The notes: generated by a model from the sequence alone, not told the origin. Shown: positions 9,027-19,559, numbered from the stretch's first letter. The stretch is 64,000 bases of DNA from Myxococcota bacterium (GCA_040386535.1 JAZKFH010000018.1:32001-96000); one strand, 5' to 3'. A program made the numbers and translations.

Positions 9027-9799
9027 CGCCGACCGAGTCGCGGCGGCGTCCGTTCATCGCGGGCAACTGGAAGATGCACAAGGGCCCGGCCGAGGCGGAC
9101 GCCCTGGCCGAGGTGCTCAAGCGCTCGTTGACCGGGCAGGCCCAGGTCGACGTCGCCGTGGCTCCGCCGTTCCTGTCGATCCCCGTCGTGGCCGCGCGTC
9201 TGCGGCACAGCGGCGTGCACGTGGCCGGTCAGAACGTCCACCCCGAGCCGTCCGGCGCGTTCACCGGCGAGATCAGCGCCGAGATGTTGCGGCAGGCGGG
9301 CGTGTCGTACTGCATCGTCGGCCACTCCGAGCGCCGCGCGCTGTTCGGCGACACGGACGCCTTCGTCGAGAAGAAGGTGCACGCCTGCTTCCGCGCCGGC
9401 CTGCTCCCGATCCTCTGCGTCGGCGAGACGCTGGAGGAGCGTGAGGGCGGCCAGGCCGAGGTGGTGGTGCGCCGGCAGCTCGCGGCGGCCCTCGGGCGCC
9501 TCACCGCGGACCAGCTGCCCTCGGTCACGCTCGCCTACGAGCCGGTCTGGGCCATCGGCACGGGCCGCGTCGCGACGCCTCAGCAGGCGCAGGAGATGCA
9601 CGCCACCATCCGCGAGTGGCTAGCCGAGCGGTACCCCGCGTTCGTCCCCCGCGGCATGCGCATCCTCTACGGCGGCTCGGTCAAGGCCAGCAACGCGGCG
9701 GGGCTCCTGTCCCAGCCGGACATCGACGGCGCGCTCGTCGGTGGCGCCGCCCTCATGGCGGACGAGTTCCTCGGCATCGTCGCGGCAGCGGCCAAGTAG
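9023..9799 (+). CDS. tpiA: Triosephosphate isomerase
   Basis: AGNWKM, GHSERR, AYEPVWAIGTG, LYGGSV; GTGA overlap with pgk. Confidence 0.97.
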   Translation: MTPTESRRRPFIAGNWKMHKGPAEADALAEVLKRSLTGQAQVDVAVAPPFLSIPVVAARLRHSGVHVAGQNVHPEPSGAFTGEISAEMLRQAGVSYCIVGHSERRALFGDTDAFVEKKVHACFRAGLLPILCVGETLEEREGGQAEVVVRRQLAAALGRLTADQLPSVTLAYEPVWAIGTGRVATPQQAQEMHATIREWLAERYPAFVPRGMRILYGGSVKASNAAGLLSQPDIDGALVGGAALMADEFLGIVAAAAK

Positions 9800-9885
9800 C
9801 GGATCAGCGGGCGCCGAGGATCGTCCAACCGGCGATCCTGGCGATCCATCCATCAGCGCGATAGCGCGGAAGCCTCGGAAGGTTC

Positions 9886-10326
9886 ATGTACATCTTCGTC
9901 GTCACCCTGCACGTCATCCTCTGCTTGATCCTCGTGCTGGTCATCCTCATGCAGCCGGGCAAGGGCGGGGACATCTCCTCCGCGTTCGGCGGCGGCTCGT
10001 CGTCCCAGCTCTTCGGAGCCGCGGGCCCGGGCAACTTCCTCACGCGCGGCACGGGCATCGTGGCGGGGCTGTTCATGGTCACGAGCATCACGCTCGCGCT
10101 CTACAGCACGGAGTCCGCGCGTGGCGGGTCGGGTGTAGAGGACGAGCTCGAGAACGTGCTTCAAGAGGGCGAAGAAGGCTCCGGCTTCGGCGCAGGCAGC
10201 ACGAACGCGCCCGCTCCGGCCGCACCCGCTCCGGCCGCACCCGCGCCCACGCCGGCGCCGGATGCAGCGCCGTCGGACGCCGTTCCGGTGCCGGCTGCGG
10301 CGCCCGCTGAGGCACCGGCCAAATAG
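9886..10326 (+). CDS. secG: Preprotein translocase subunit SecG with Ala/Pro-rich tail
   Basis: ILMQPGKGGD...FGGG...NFLTR; conserved tpiA-secG-tRNA-Leu synteny. Confidence 0.93.
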   Translation: MYIFVVTLHVILCLILVLVILMQPGKGGDISSAFGGGSSSQLFGAAGPGNFLTRGTGIVAGLFMVTSITLALYSTESARGGSGVEDELENVLQEGEEGSGFGAGSTNAPAPAAPAPAAPAPTPAPDAAPSDAVPVPAAAPAEAPAK

Positions 10327-10341
10327 ATCACACGAGAAGCC

Positions 10342-10370
10342 TTGACCCCGACCGGGGCCCGGGGTAAATG
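10342..10370 (+). promoter_or_regulatory. Putative sigma70-type promoter for tRNA-Leu
   Basis: TTGACC-N17-TAAATG. Confidence 0.6.
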
Positions 10371-10379
10371 TTTGGGCGC

Positions 10380-10465
10380 GCGCGGATGGCGGAATGGTAG
10401 ACGCGCAAGTTTGAGGTGCTTGTGGCCGAAAGGCTGTGCGGGTTCAAGTCCCGCTTCGCGCACCA
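10380..10465 (+). tRNA. tRNA-Leu (GAG)
   Basis: GCGCGGA...TTCGCGCACCA; anticodon loop TTGAGGT; long variable arm GGCC-GAAA-GGCT. Confidence 0.96.
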
Positions 10466-10473
10466 ACCTCACC

Positions 10474-10512
10474 AAACGCCGCAGGGTAACCCCCTGCGGC
10501 GTTTGTGCTTTT
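10474..10512 (+). terminator. Intrinsic terminator after tRNA-Leu
   Basis: AAACGCCGCAGGG-taac-CCCTGCGGCGTTT followed by GTGCTTTTT. Confidence 0.8.
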
Positions 10513-10863
10513 TGCCTCCCCGAGTCGGCGAGCGCGCCGCGGGCAACCGTGCCCGCCGTCCTCGGGACGAGGTCGAGCAACCTTAGGCGTCCGCGCCCGG
10601 ACCGGCGCCGAAGCCGCTGCTGCCGCCGTCCGGCCCTGGCTGCAGCCGCGTCCGCGTCCGGGCGGCGCCGCTGCAGCTCCCTCTGATGCGGCCCGTCGTG
10701 ACACCCCTCGCCGCAGGCCGCTTGGCGCCTTGACGCTTGCGCCTGCTCGCCGTGGCCGGCGCGCCGTACTCGTCAACAGGCCTCCGCCTGCGCAGCCACG
10801 GCGCCGAGCCCGCAGCTCCGTCAAGAAGAACAGCGCGGACCCCGCCCCGACTTCCCGACGGCG

Positions 10864-11373
10864 CTAGCCTTCCCCGGCGCGACGGTCCGCCGGCCCTACC
10901 GCGCGTTGCTTGCCAGGCGAGGGTCGGCGGCTGCACGTCTCCGGGGCCAGGCAGCTCCCGTAGATCTCGTGCCGGTGATGCTCCACGCGCAGCCCGTGGG
11001 CCACGGCGATGTCCGCCTGCCGCTGCTCGATGATGGGATCCTCGAACTCGAAGATGGTGCCGCACGTCGTGCAGATGAGGTGGTCGTGGTGCTCGTCGTC
11101 GATGACCGGCTCGTAGCGCGACTGCCCGTCATCGAAGTGGCGCTCGTGCGCGACCCCGGCCTCGGCGAACAGCTTCATCGTGCGGTACACGGTCGCGTAT
11201 CCGACGCCCGCCATCCGCTCCTGCACCTGGCCCAGCAGGTCGTCAATCGAGACGTGCCCACCCGCCGCGAAGAACACCTCGAGGATCTGGTCCCGCTGCC
11301 GGGTGTGCTTCAGCCCACGCTCGCGCATGTAGACCGTGAGCTTGCGTTGGGCTTCCTCGACGACCGGCTTCAT
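10864..11373 (-). CDS. fur: Fur-family metalloregulator
   Basis: [32 protein letters not shown]; start trimmed to the ATG after an AGGGGGG RBS; Fur versus Zur subtype uncertain. Confidence 0.88.
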   Translation of the reverse strand: MKPVVEEAQRKLTVYMRERGLKHTRQRDQILEVFFAAGGHVSIDDLLGQVQERMAGVGYATVYRTMKLFAEAGVAHERHFDDGQSRYEPVIDDEHHDHLICTTCGTIFEFEDPIIEQRQADIAVAHGLRVEHHRHEIYGSCLAPETCSRRPSPGKQRAVGPADRRAGEG

Positions 11374-11560
11374 CCCCCCTCCTACCGCGACACCCGGACC
11401 GGGGGCCACCATCGCCAACGATTCGGCGCCCGGATTCCGCGAACGCCCTGCACCGGCCCAGCTCGATGGCCCGAAACACGCGACAGACCAGACGCACGTC
11501 AGCCCACGATCCCTCTCGGGCATCGTGGGCTGACGGCATCAGGGGCCGCGGACGGCGACC

Positions 11561-12031
11561 TTAGACGGCGGGCTGCTGCTCGCCTTCGGTGGTCGGCGCT
11601 GCGGACGAAGCCGGGTAGGCCTCGGTGACCATCTCGAGCAGGTTCATCGAAGCCTGATCGCCGGGGCGACGCCCGAGCTTCAGGATCCGCGTGTACCCGC
11701 CCGGGCGGTTCTCGTACAGCGAGGCGTACTCGGTGAACACCTTCGTGAGCACGTCACGATCGGTGATCCACAGGCGCGCCTGGCGGATGGCGTGAACCCG
11801 GTCGGCCGTGGCCTTTCGGAGCTCCTCACCTTCCAGCCCAGCGAGCTTGGAGGGCGGGACCTTCTTCGAGAGCGTGATGATGCGGTCGGCAACCTTGCGC
11901 ACTTCCTTGGCCTTCGCCTCGGTGGTACGCACGCGGCCGTGCTGCATGAGAGAGGTGACCATGTTGCGGAACATGGCCTTGCGGTGGGCACCGTAGATGC
12001 TGAGCTTACGGCCGGCCTTGAGGTGACGCAT
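11561..12031 (-). CDS. rplQ: 50S ribosomal protein L17
   Basis: MRHLKAGRKL, TTEAKAKE, RPGGYTRILK. Confidence 0.97.
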   Translation of the reverse strand: MRHLKAGRKLSIYGAHRKAMFRNMVTSLMQHGRVRTTEAKAKEVRKVADRIITLSKKVPPSKLAGLEGEELRKATADRVHAIRQARLWITDRDVLTKVFTEYASLYENRPGGYTRILKLGRRPGDQASMNLLEMVTEAYPASSAAPTTEGEQQPAV

Positions 12032-12055
12032 GGGATCCTCCGAACGGAGACGCGG

Positions 12056-13063
12056 CTAACCGCGGCTCTTCGGGAAGTTGTGGAGCTTCATGCCGAGCGA
12101 CAGGCCCAGCTCAGAAAGGATTTCCTTGATCTCGTTGAGAGACTTGCGGCCGAAGTTCTTGGTCTTCAGCATCTCCGCTTCAGTCTTCTCGACGAGCTGC
12201 CAGATGAACTCGATGCCGGCGTTCTGGAGGCAGTTCGCCGACCGCACCGAGAGGTCCAGCTCGTCGACGCGCTTGAACAGCGCATCATTGAACTGCTGCT
12301 CGGGCACACGCTCTTCGCCGGTCGAGGGCTCATCCACTTCCATGAAGTTGATGAAGACCTGGAGCTGCTCCTTGAGGACCTTGGCCGCAAACGCCACCGC
12401 ATCCTCGGGGGACACGCTGCCGTTGGTCAACACCTCGAGGGTCAGCTTGTCGAAGTCCGTACGCTGACCAACGCGGGCGTTGGTCACCGTGTACTTCACG
12501 CGGCGGATCGGCGAGTGGATCGCGTCGATCGGCATGGTGCCGATCGGCCGATCGTCCTTCGCCTGCCGATTCGCCGGGATGTAGCCCTTGCCCATCGCCA
12601 CGCCCATCTCCATATGGAGACGGCCGACGCCCGTGAGCGTCGCGATCGGATGATCGGGGTTCAGGATTTCGGCTGCACCGTCGAACCGGATGTCGCCCGC
12701 GGTCACGACGCGCGTGACACCGGCGGTGCCCTCCACGTCGATCGTCGCGTTGAAGGACTCGGTACGATCCGTGCGGATCAGGATGCCCTTGACGTTCAGG
12801 ATGATGTCCGTCACGTCTTCGATGACGCCCGGAATCGACGAGAACTCGTGGAGTACACCGTCGATCTTGACGGACGTGACCGCGGCGCCCTGGAGGCTGG
12901 AGAGGAGTACGCGACGAAGCGCGTTCCCCAGCGTGATGCCGAACCCACGCTCGAGGGGCTTGACCACGAACTTGCCGTAGGTCTCCCCCGACTTCGCGTC
13001 GCGCTCGATGCGCTTCGGCTTGATGAGGCTACGCCAGTTGCTGTAAACGTGTTCACCGACCAT
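12056..13063 (-). CDS. rpoA: RNA polymerase subunit alpha
   Basis: [43 protein letters not shown]. Confidence 0.98.
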   Translation of the reverse strand: MVGEHVYSNWRSLIKPKRIERDAKSGETYGKFVVKPLERGFGITLGNALRRVLLSSLQGAAVTSVKIDGVLHEFSSIPGVIEDVTDIILNVKGILIRTDRTESFNATIDVEGTAGVTRVVTAGDIRFDGAAEILNPDHPIATLTGVGRLHMEMGVAMGKGYIPANRQAKDDRPIGTMPIDAIHSPIRRVKYTVTNARVGQRTDFDKLTLEVLTNGSVSPEDAVAFAAKVLKEQLQVFINFMEVDEPSTGEERVPEQQFNDALFKRVDELDLSVRSANCLQNAGIEFIWQLVEKTEAEMLKTKNFGRKSLNEIKEILSELGLSLGMKLHNFPKSRG

Positions 13064-13205
13064 TTGATGCTCCTGTTCGGGCTTCTGCGTCGTGGGCCGA
13101 TCGACGCTCATCACCCGTTCAGAAACCGCTCCTCGTCATCACGACGCGGCTGGCCCAGCCAACGGAGCGGTAAGGCGACCGGGGGTTTCCCCCCGGCCGG
13201 GTGGA

Positions 13206-13604
13206 TCAGACGCGGCGCCGCTTGGGCGGCCGGCATCCGTTGTGCGGGATGGGCGTCACGTCCGTGATCATCGTGACCTTGAGGCCGGCGTTCTGGATCG
13301 CGCGAAGCGCGGATTCCCGACCGGCACCAGGGCCCTTGATGACCACGCCCGCGGACTTCATCCCGTGCTCCATCGCCTTGCGGGCGGCGTCTTCCGCCAC
13401 GAGCTGCGCCGCGAACGGCGTGCTCTTGCGGGAGCCCTTGAAGCCCTTCACGCCAGCGCTGGACCAGGCCACGGTGTTTCCACCCGGATCGGTCACGGTG
13501 ACGATCGTGTTGTTGAACGTCGACTGGATGTGAACCATCCCGTACGGCACGTTCTTCTTGACCCTCTTGGGGCCCTTCTTCTTTGCGGCAGCTGCGGTGC
13601 TCAT
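13206..13604 (-). CDS. rpsK: 30S ribosomal protein S11
   Basis: [32 protein letters not shown]. Confidence 0.98.
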   Translation of the reverse strand: MSTAAAAKKKGPKRVKKNVPYGMVHIQSTFNNTIVTVTDPGGNTVAWSSAGVKGFKGSRKSTPFAAQLVAEDAARKAMEHGMKSAGVVIKGPGAGRESALRAIQNAGLKVTMITDVTPIPHNGCRPPKRRRV

Positions 13605-13619
13605 TTCCGTTCCCTCCCG

Positions 13620-13985
13620 CTACTTCTTCTTGGCGACGACGCGACGAGGACCCTTGCGGGTACGTGCGTTGGTGTGGGTGCGTTGACCACGGGCCGGAAG
13701 GCCGCGCTTGTGGCGGCTCCCACGGTAGGTGCCGAGGTCGATCAGCCGCTTGATGTTCATGGCGACCTCCTTGCGGAGCTCACCCTCCACGCGGTACTCG
13801 CGCTGAATCACGTCGCGGATGCGGGCGATGTCCACCTCGGACAGGTCCTGCGTGCGAATCGACGCGTCCACCTGGGCCTTCGCCAAGATGTCCGTCGCGT
13901 TCTTGCGACCGATGCCGTAGATGTACCCGAGTGCGATGTCGATGCGCTTGTTGCGCGGAAGATCGACGCCTTCGATGCGTGCCAT
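13620..13985 (-). CDS. rpsM: 30S ribosomal protein S13
   Basis: [23 protein letters not shown]. Confidence 0.98.
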   Translation of the reverse strand: MARIEGVDLPRNKRIDIALGYIYGIGRKNATDILAKAQVDASIRTQDLSEVDIARIRDVIQREYRVEGELRKEVAMNIKRLIDLGTYRGSRHKRGLPARGQRTHTNARTRKGPRRVVAKKK

Positions 13986-13994
13986 ACGTCCTCC

Positions 13995-14108
13995 TTAGCC
14001 CTGGCGCTGCTTATGCTTGGCGGTGACGCAGATCACGCGGACGACGCCGCGTCGACGGATGACGCTGCACTTGTCGCAGATGACCTTCACTGAGGCCTTT
14101 ACTTTCAC
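13995..14108 (-). CDS. rpmJ: 50S ribosomal protein L36 (Zn-binding type)
   Basis: GTG start; [13 protein letters not shown]...[10 protein letters not shown]. Confidence 0.95.
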   Translation of the reverse strand: MKVKASVKVICDKCSVIRRRGVVRVICVTAKHKQRQG

Positions 14109-14136
14109 TGGAGTCTCCTCGCCGGCGAGAGCCGGT

Positions 14137-14916
14137 TCATCGGATGGGGGGGGAGGGCTCGAGGCTCGTGAGAATCTCGGGGCCCGACGGGGTGATGGCG
14201 ACGGTGTGTTCGAAGTGCGCCGCTCGGCTTCCATCCTCGGTGACGACCGTCCATTCGTCTTTGAGGATCCGCGTACGCGGGGAGCCGAGGGTGATCATCG
14301 GCTCGAGCGCCAGCACCATTCCCACCTTGAGCAGGGGGCCGGTGCCGGCCTTGCCGAAGTTCGGTACGCTCGGCTCCTCGTGAAGCTTGCGTCCGATCCC
14401 GTGACCCACGAATTGAGTCACCACCCCCAGGCCTCTCGACTCGCAGTACGACTGGACCGTGTGTCCGATGTCGCCGATGCGGTTGTTGACCCGGGCGCGG
14501 GCGACGGCCTCATATAAGGACTTCTCGGTCGTGTCAAGGAGCAGCGCGGTCTGCTCGTCGACCGGCGGCATCGCCATCGAGAAGGCGGTGTCGGCGTAGT
14601 AGCCACCGTACACCAGCCCGAAATCCAGGGAGACGAGGTCCCCCTCCAGCAGCCGGCGCTTGGACGGGATCCCGTGCACCACCTGCTCGTTGATGGAGAC
14701 GCAGATGGTCGCGGGAAAGACCGCCCGGCCAACCTTGTAGCCCTTGAACGCCGGCTTGGCGCCCGCGGCCAAGATGGCATCCTCGGTCATCCGATCGATG
14801 TCCAGCGTGGAGGCACCCACTACCACGCGTTCACGAAGGCCCGCGACCACCTCGGCAAGCTTGCGCCCCGCGGTACGCATGACCCCGAGCTCCCAGGCCT
14901 CCTTGATCAGGATCAC
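14137..14916 (-). CDS. map: Methionine aminopeptidase type I
   Basis: [27 protein letters not shown]. Confidence 0.96.
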   Translation of the reverse strand: MILIKEAWELGVMRTAGRKLAEVVAGLRERVVVGASTLDIDRMTEDAILAAGAKPAFKGYKVGRAVFPATICVSINEQVVHGIPSKRRLLEGDLVSLDFGLVYGGYYADTAFSMAMPPVDEQTALLLDTTEKSLYEAVARARVNNRIGDIGHTVQSYCESRGLGVVTQFVGHGIGRKLHEEPSVPNFGKAGTGPLLKVGMVLALEPMITLGSPRTRILKDEWTVVTEDGSRAAHFEHTVAITPSGPEILTSLEPSPPIR

Positions 14917-14928
14917 GTGAGGCTCCGA

Positions 14929-15573
14929 CTAGTTCAGGCCGAGCGCGGCGAACACGCGCGCGCGGATATCGGCGACATCCCCCGTGCCAGCGATGTCGTG
15001 CACCGGCGCCACCGGCCGAAGGACAGGAAGCACCGGGATCGTTTCGCGCGCGTAGGTCTCGAGACGGGTGAGCACCACTTCCGGCTTGTCGTCATCGCGC
15101 TGGATGATGGTCGTCCCACACCGCGAGCACTGCTCTCCGTCAGCGGGAGCAAACTCGCGATGAAAGGTAGCGCCACAAGATGGGCACGAGCGCCGCCCAG
15201 TGAGCCGCTTGAGGATCACCTCATCGGGCACAACGAGGTTGATCACCCCGTCGACCTGACGGCCACGGGCTGCAAGCCACGTGAGCAACCACTCGGCCTG
15301 AACCGCGGTCCGGGGAAACCCATCGAGGAGGACGCCGTTCGCGGCGTCCGGCTCCTCGAGACGGGAGGCCACGATCTCACAGGTGAAGGCGTCAGGCACG
15401 AGCCCACCACCTTGCATGTAGGCCTTCGCCCGAGCGCCGAGCTCGGTCCCTTCCTTGAGGTGCCGACGGAAGATGTCGCCGGTCGCCACGTGCGGAACGC
15501 CCAGGCGCTGCGCCAGGTCCTTGGCTTGCGTACCCTTGCCCGAACCAGGAGGGCCAAACAGCAGAACGGTCAT
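14929..15573 (-). CDS. adk: Adenylate kinase (Zn-LID type)
   Basis: GPPGSGKGTQ, LDGFPRT, LID CPSC...CSRC; ATGA overlap with secY. Confidence 0.96.
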   Translation of the reverse strand: MTVLLFGPPGSGKGTQAKDLAQRLGVPHVATGDIFRRHLKEGTELGARAKAYMQGGGLVPDAFTCEIVASRLEEPDAANGVLLDGFPRTAVQAEWLLTWLAARGRQVDGVINLVVPDEVILKRLTGRRSCPSCGATFHREFAPADGEQCSRCGTTIIQRDDDKPEVVLTRLETYARETIPVLPVLRPVAPVHDIAGTGDVADIRARVFAALGLN

Positions 15574-16919
15574 CCCGCCTCCTGGGCCCCACCGAGCAGC
15601 ATGCGTCGACGACCCGCGACCCGACCACCACCACCCGGGCCTTGGAGCCCGTCGTAGTGACGCGTGAGCAGCTGCGCTTCCACCTGAGCCACCGTGTCGA
15701 GCGACACACCGACCACAATCAGCAGGCCCGTGCCGCCGAAGTGGAAGGGCACCCCGTACTCGGTGATCAACAGCGTCGGAAGGATGCACACCGCGGCCAG
15801 GTACAGAGCACCCGCGCAGGTCAACCGCGTGAGGAGCCGGTCAATGTACTCGGCCGTCTGCTTGCCCGGACGAATGCCAGGGATGTAGCCGCCGTGCTTC
15901 TTGAGATTGTCCGCCACGTCCACCGGGTTGAACATCATCGCCGTGTAGAAGTAGGCGAAGAAGACGATCAACGCGATGTAAACGTAGTTGTACAGCCAGT
16001 GCCCGGGCGCAAGCGCCGAGGTGAGTGCCGTTACCGCGTCGTTCTGCCAGACCGCTCCCATCGTCGCGGGCACCATCAGCACCGAGGACGCAAAGATGGG
16101 CGGAATGACACCAGTGGTGTTCACCTTGAGCGGAAGGTGCGTGGTCTGTCCGCCATACACCCGCCGACCGACCACGCGCTTGGCGTATTGGATGGGGATG
16201 CGGCGCTGTCCACGCTCAATCCACACGATCATGCCGACCACCGCAATGACCAGCCCGAGCAGCAGCGTTGCCTGCAGCAGGTTGATCTCGCCGAGCCGAA
16301 TCTTCTGGACGAGGCTCATCACGCCGGAGGGAAGCCCCGAGACGATGCCTGCCGTAATGATGAGACTCGAGCCGTTGCCGATGCCACGCTCGGAGATCTG
16401 CTCCCCGATCCACATGACGAAGCAGCTACCCGCCGTCATGGTGATCATCGTGAGCATCCTGAAATCCCAGCCGGGATTCAGGACCACGTCCGCGTTGGCG
16501 GCCGTCTTCATCTGCTCGAGGGACACCGCAATCGCGAACGACTGCGCCACCGCGATCGCGATCGTCGCGTATCGGGTGTACTGGGTGATCTTGCCCTTCC
16601 CCTGCTGCCCTTCCTTGGAAAGGCGCTCGAGGGGGGGGAGCACGACCGTCAGCAGTTGGATGATGATGCTCGCCGTGATGTACGGCATGATGCCCAGCAC
16701 GAACACGCTGAATTGCTCCAGCGCGCCGCCACTGAACATGTCGTACAGCCCGAACATCGTGTCGCGGTTGGCACTGATGAACTCACCCAGCGCCTGGCGA
16801 TCGACACCGGGCGCGGGGATGTGCACCCCGAGCCGAAACACCGCGAGCATGCCAAGCGTGAAGAGAATCCGATTCCGGAGCTCTGGCATCGACATGATCG
16901 CGGAGAACCAGCGATTCAC
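15570..16919 (-). CDS. secY: Preprotein translocase subunit SecY
   Basis: LGIMPYITASII, GIGNGSSL, IPGIRPG, FGGTGLLIVV. Confidence 0.98.
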   Translation of the reverse strand: MNRWFSAIMSMPELRNRILFTLGMLAVFRLGVHIPAPGVDRQALGEFISANRDTMFGLYDMFSGGALEQFSVFVLGIMPYITASIIIQLLTVVLPPLERLSKEGQQGKGKITQYTRYATIAIAVAQSFAIAVSLEQMKTAANADVVLNPGWDFRMLTMITMTAGSCFVMWIGEQISERGIGNGSSLIITAGIVSGLPSGVMSLVQKIRLGEINLLQATLLLGLVIAVVGMIVWIERGQRRIPIQYAKRVVGRRVYGGQTTHLPLKVNTTGVIPPIFASSVLMVPATMGAVWQNDAVTALTSALAPGHWLYNYVYIALIVFFAYFYTAMMFNPVDVADNLKKHGGYIPGIRPGKQTAEYIDRLLTRLTCAGALYLAAVCILPTLLITEYGVPFHFGGTGLLIVVGVSLDTVAQVEAQLLTRHYDGLQGPGGGGRVAGRRRMLLGGAQEAG

Positions 16920-17371
16920 GCAGCATTCTCCGCGACAGTGCCACCAGCGGCCTCAATCTTGGCACGAGCGGATGCAGAGAACTTCGCGGCGCGCACCGTA
17001 AGGGCGGCCGTGAGTTCGCCGTCGCCCAGCACCTTGACGCCATCGCGCCCGATACGCGAGATGACACCTGACGCCTTGAGCGTCTTGGCATCGAGCTCGG
17101 TGCCCGCCGGGAAGGCAGACAGCTGGCCCACGTTCACCTCGGTGTAATCCTTGGCGAAGATGTTGCGGAAGCCACGCTTGGGCTGGCGGCGGAGCAGAGG
17201 GATCTGACCACCCTCGAAGCCCAGGCGCTTGCCGGAACCGGCGCGAGCCTGCTGCCCCTTGGTACCGCGACCAGCGGTCTTGCCGAGGCCGGAGCCCTGG
17301 CCGCGACCGACCCGGGTGCGAGGACGCTGTGCGCCCGGCACCGGATGCAAATTGGAGAGTTCGTCAGCCAT
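16916..17371 (-). CDS. rplO: 50S ribosomal protein L15
   Basis: GRGQGSGLGKTAGRGTKGQ, GFEGGQ. Confidence 0.97.
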   Translation of the reverse strand: MADELSNLHPVPGAQRPRTRVGRGQGSGLGKTAGRGTKGQQARAGSGKRLGFEGGQIPLLRRQPKRGFRNIFAKDYTEVNVGQLSAFPAGTELDAKTLKASGVISRIGRDGVKVLGDGELTAALTVRAAKFSASARAKIEAAGGTVAENAA

Positions 17372-17378
17372 GGAATCC

Positions 17379-17573
17379 TCAGGCGTCCGTGGACGCGACT
17401 TCCTCGACCTGAATCAGGTGGAGGACAGACTTGATCATCCCGCGGACCGCGGGAGTGTTCTCGAGCTCACGGCTCCGACCGATACGGCGGAGCCCCAAGC
17501 CCATGAGCGTAGCGCGCTGGCGTTCGGTCGTGCCGATCGAGCTACGGGAGAGGGTGACCTTCAGGCGAGACAT
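17379..17573 (-). CDS. rpmD: 50S ribosomal protein L30
   Basis: [11 protein letters not shown]...LGLRRIG...PAVRGMI. Confidence 0.95.
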   Translation of the reverse strand: MSRLKVTLSRSSIGTTERQRATLMGLGLRRIGRSRELENTPAVRGMIKSVLHLIQVEEVASTDA

Positions 17574-17584
17574 CCGAACTCCGA

Positions 17585-18154
17585 TCAGTGCTGGGCGCCC
17601 GCTCGCGCGGCCCACACACGCGAACCGACGTTGTGGTTGGCGATCACGTCGTCGAGCGGGATGCCGCGACGCGTAGCCACCTGCTCGGGAGATTCGAGCT
17701 GGTAGAGCGCGTCGAGCGTCGCACGCACGACGTTGTGAGGATTGGAGCTACCGAGGCTCTTGGTGAGCACATTGTGGTAGCCCGCCGCATCCAGGATGGC
17801 GCGGACGACCGGACCGGCGATGACGCCAGTTCCCGGGCTCGCGGGGCGGAGAAGCACCTTGCCGGCGCCGAAGGCGCCGGTGGAGATGTGCGGCACGGTA
17901 CCGTCCACGACGGGCACCTCCGCCATGCTTCCCTTCGCGCGCTCCGTAGCCTTGCGAACCGCCTCGGGTACTTCGTTGGCCTTACCGTGACCGACACCGA
18001 TCCGACCGGATCCGTTACCGACCACGACGAGGGCGCTGAAGCTGAACCTACGTCCACCCTTCACGACCTTCGCCACGCGGTTCACGTAGATGGTCTTCTC
18101 GATGAGCTGCACTTCCTCGGCAGCCTTGCGAGGGCGGGACTTCCTGCTGTTCAC
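17585..18154 (-). CDS. rpsE: 30S ribosomal protein S5
   Basis: [26 protein letters not shown]. Confidence 0.97.
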   Translation of the reverse strand: MNSRKSRPRKAAEEVQLIEKTIYVNRVAKVVKGGRRFSFSALVVVGNGSGRIGVGHGKANEVPEAVRKATERAKGSMAEVPVVDGTVPHISTGAFGAGKVLLRPASPGTGVIAGPVVRAILDAAGYHNVLTKSLGSSNPHNVVRATLDALYQLESPEQVATRRGIPLDDVIANHNVGSRVWAARAGAQH

Positions 18155-18220
18155 GTTCGACTCCGGGAGCCGTCAGCGGTGCACCGGTGCGAGACCGGCC
18201 ACCCCGACGAGTAATGGGGA

Positions 18221-18586
18221 TCAGAAATCGAGACCGGCCTCACGAGCCGAGTCGGCGAGCGCCTGCACACGACCGTGGTACAGGAAGCCGTTACGGTCGA
18301 AGACAACCTTGTCGATCGACGCCGCACGCGCACGCTCCGCGATCAACCGACCAACCGCCTTCGCGGCCTCGATGTTGCCGCGATGCCCGTCGTGACCCTC
18401 GAGCTCGGGGCTCAACGTCGAAGCGGCCACCAGCGTGGCGCCCGTCACGTCGTCAACGATCTGCGCGTACATGTGCGAAGACGTCCGGAAGACCGTCAGC
18501 CGAGGACGCTCGGTACTGCCGAACACCTTCTTACGAATGCGCTTCTTACGACGCACACGCGAATCACCAGCCTTAGCGTAAGCCAT
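18221..18586 (-). CDS. rplR: 50S ribosomal protein L18
   Basis: [21 protein letters not shown]. Confidence 0.97.
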   Translation of the reverse strand: MAYAKAGDSRVRRKKRIRKKVFGSTERPRLTVFRTSSHMYAQIVDDVTGATLVAASTLSPELEGHDGHRGNIEAAKAVGRLIAERARAASIDKVVFDRNGFLYHGRVQALADSAREAGLDF

Positions 18587-18595
18587 CTTCGACCC

Positions 18596-19135
18596 CTACT
18601 TCTTCGCCGTCTTGCCGGCCTTGAGCTTGATGTGCTCGCCTTCGTTGCGGACGCCCTTGCCCTTGTAGGCATCCGGCGACCGGAACCCACGAAGCTTGGC
18701 GGCCGTCTCGCCGACGGTCTGGCGGTCACTGCCCTTGATGCTGAGCTTGGTGCCCTTCTCCACGTCAATCGTGATGCCCGCAGGAAACGGGAACTCGATC
18801 GTGTGGCTGTAGCCGAGCGAAAGCACGAGGGTCTTGCCCTTGACTTCGCTCTTGAAGCCGACGCCCTGGATCTCAAGCCTGCGCTCGAAGCCCTTGGTGA
18901 CGCCCTGCACCATGTTGTTGACGAGTGCACGGGTGAGCCCGTGGTTCGAGCGGAACTGCCGGCTGTCATCAGCGCGCACGACCGTCAGAAGGCTGCCCTC
19001 CTGCTCAATCGAGACACCTGCTGCGACGCGCTGAGACAGCTCGCCTTTCGGCCCCTTGACCCGTACAACGCCGTCGAGGACGTTTACGGACACGCCGCTC
19101 GGCAGCGTGACGGGGAGCTTTCCAATACGAGACAT
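18596..19135 (-). CDS. rplF: 50S ribosomal protein L6
   Basis: MSRIGKLP, KGPKGEL, PDAYKGKG. Confidence 0.97.
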   Translation of the reverse strand: MSRIGKLPVTLPSGVSVNVLDGVVRVKGPKGELSQRVAAGVSIEQEGSLLTVVRADDSRQFRSNHGLTRALVNNMVQGVTKGFERRLEIQGVGFKSEVKGKTLVLSLGYSHTIEFPFPAGITIDVEKGTKLSIKGSDRQTVGETAAKLRGFRSPDAYKGKGVRNEGEHIKLKAGKTAKK

Positions 19136-19160
19136 CGTAGATTCCTCGCGGAAGGTATCG

Positions 19161-19559
19161 CTACCAGACGTAGCAGAGGACTTCCCCGCCGACGCCCGCG
19201 GTGCGAGCCGCCCGGTCGGAGAGGACACCCTGCGGGGTGGTCAGGATGGCGAGGCCGAGGCCGTTTCGCACGCGAGGAATCTCATCCTTGCCGACGTAGA
19301 AACGACGGCTCGGTGAACTCACGCGCTTGAGGCCCTGAATGACGCCTTGCTTGCCGCCATCGTACTTGAGGAAGATTTTAATCGTCCCCTTCGCGTCGGT
19401 GGGGCTATCGATGAATCCCTCAACAAAGCCTTCGCTCTTGAGGATCTTCACCAGTTCGAGCTTGAGCTTCGAACGAGGCACCACCACGCTGGCGTGACGC
19501 GCCTGAATGGCGTTGCGGATCCGCGTAAGCAGATCAGCAATGGGATCGGTCATGGACAT
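19161..19559 (-). CDS. rpsH: 30S ribosomal protein S8
   Basis: DPIADLLTRIRN, GGEVLCYVW. Confidence 0.98.
   Translation of the reverse strand: MSMTDPIADLLTRIRNAIQARHASVVVPRSKLKLELVKILKSEGFVEGFIDSPTDAKGTIKIFLKYDGGKQGVIQGLKRVSSPSRRFYVGKDEIPRVRNGLGLAILTTPQGVLSDRAARTAGVGGEVLCYVW

Noticed and set aside
10210..10244. 15-bp tandem repeat in secG
   Set aside because: It encodes the Ala/Pro-rich disordered tail (PAPAA), an ordinary low-complexity feature.
187..10465. Genomic island integrated at tRNA-Gly or tRNA-Leu
   Set aside because: No integrase and no duplicated tRNA 3' end were seen, and the enclosed genes include core glycolysis.
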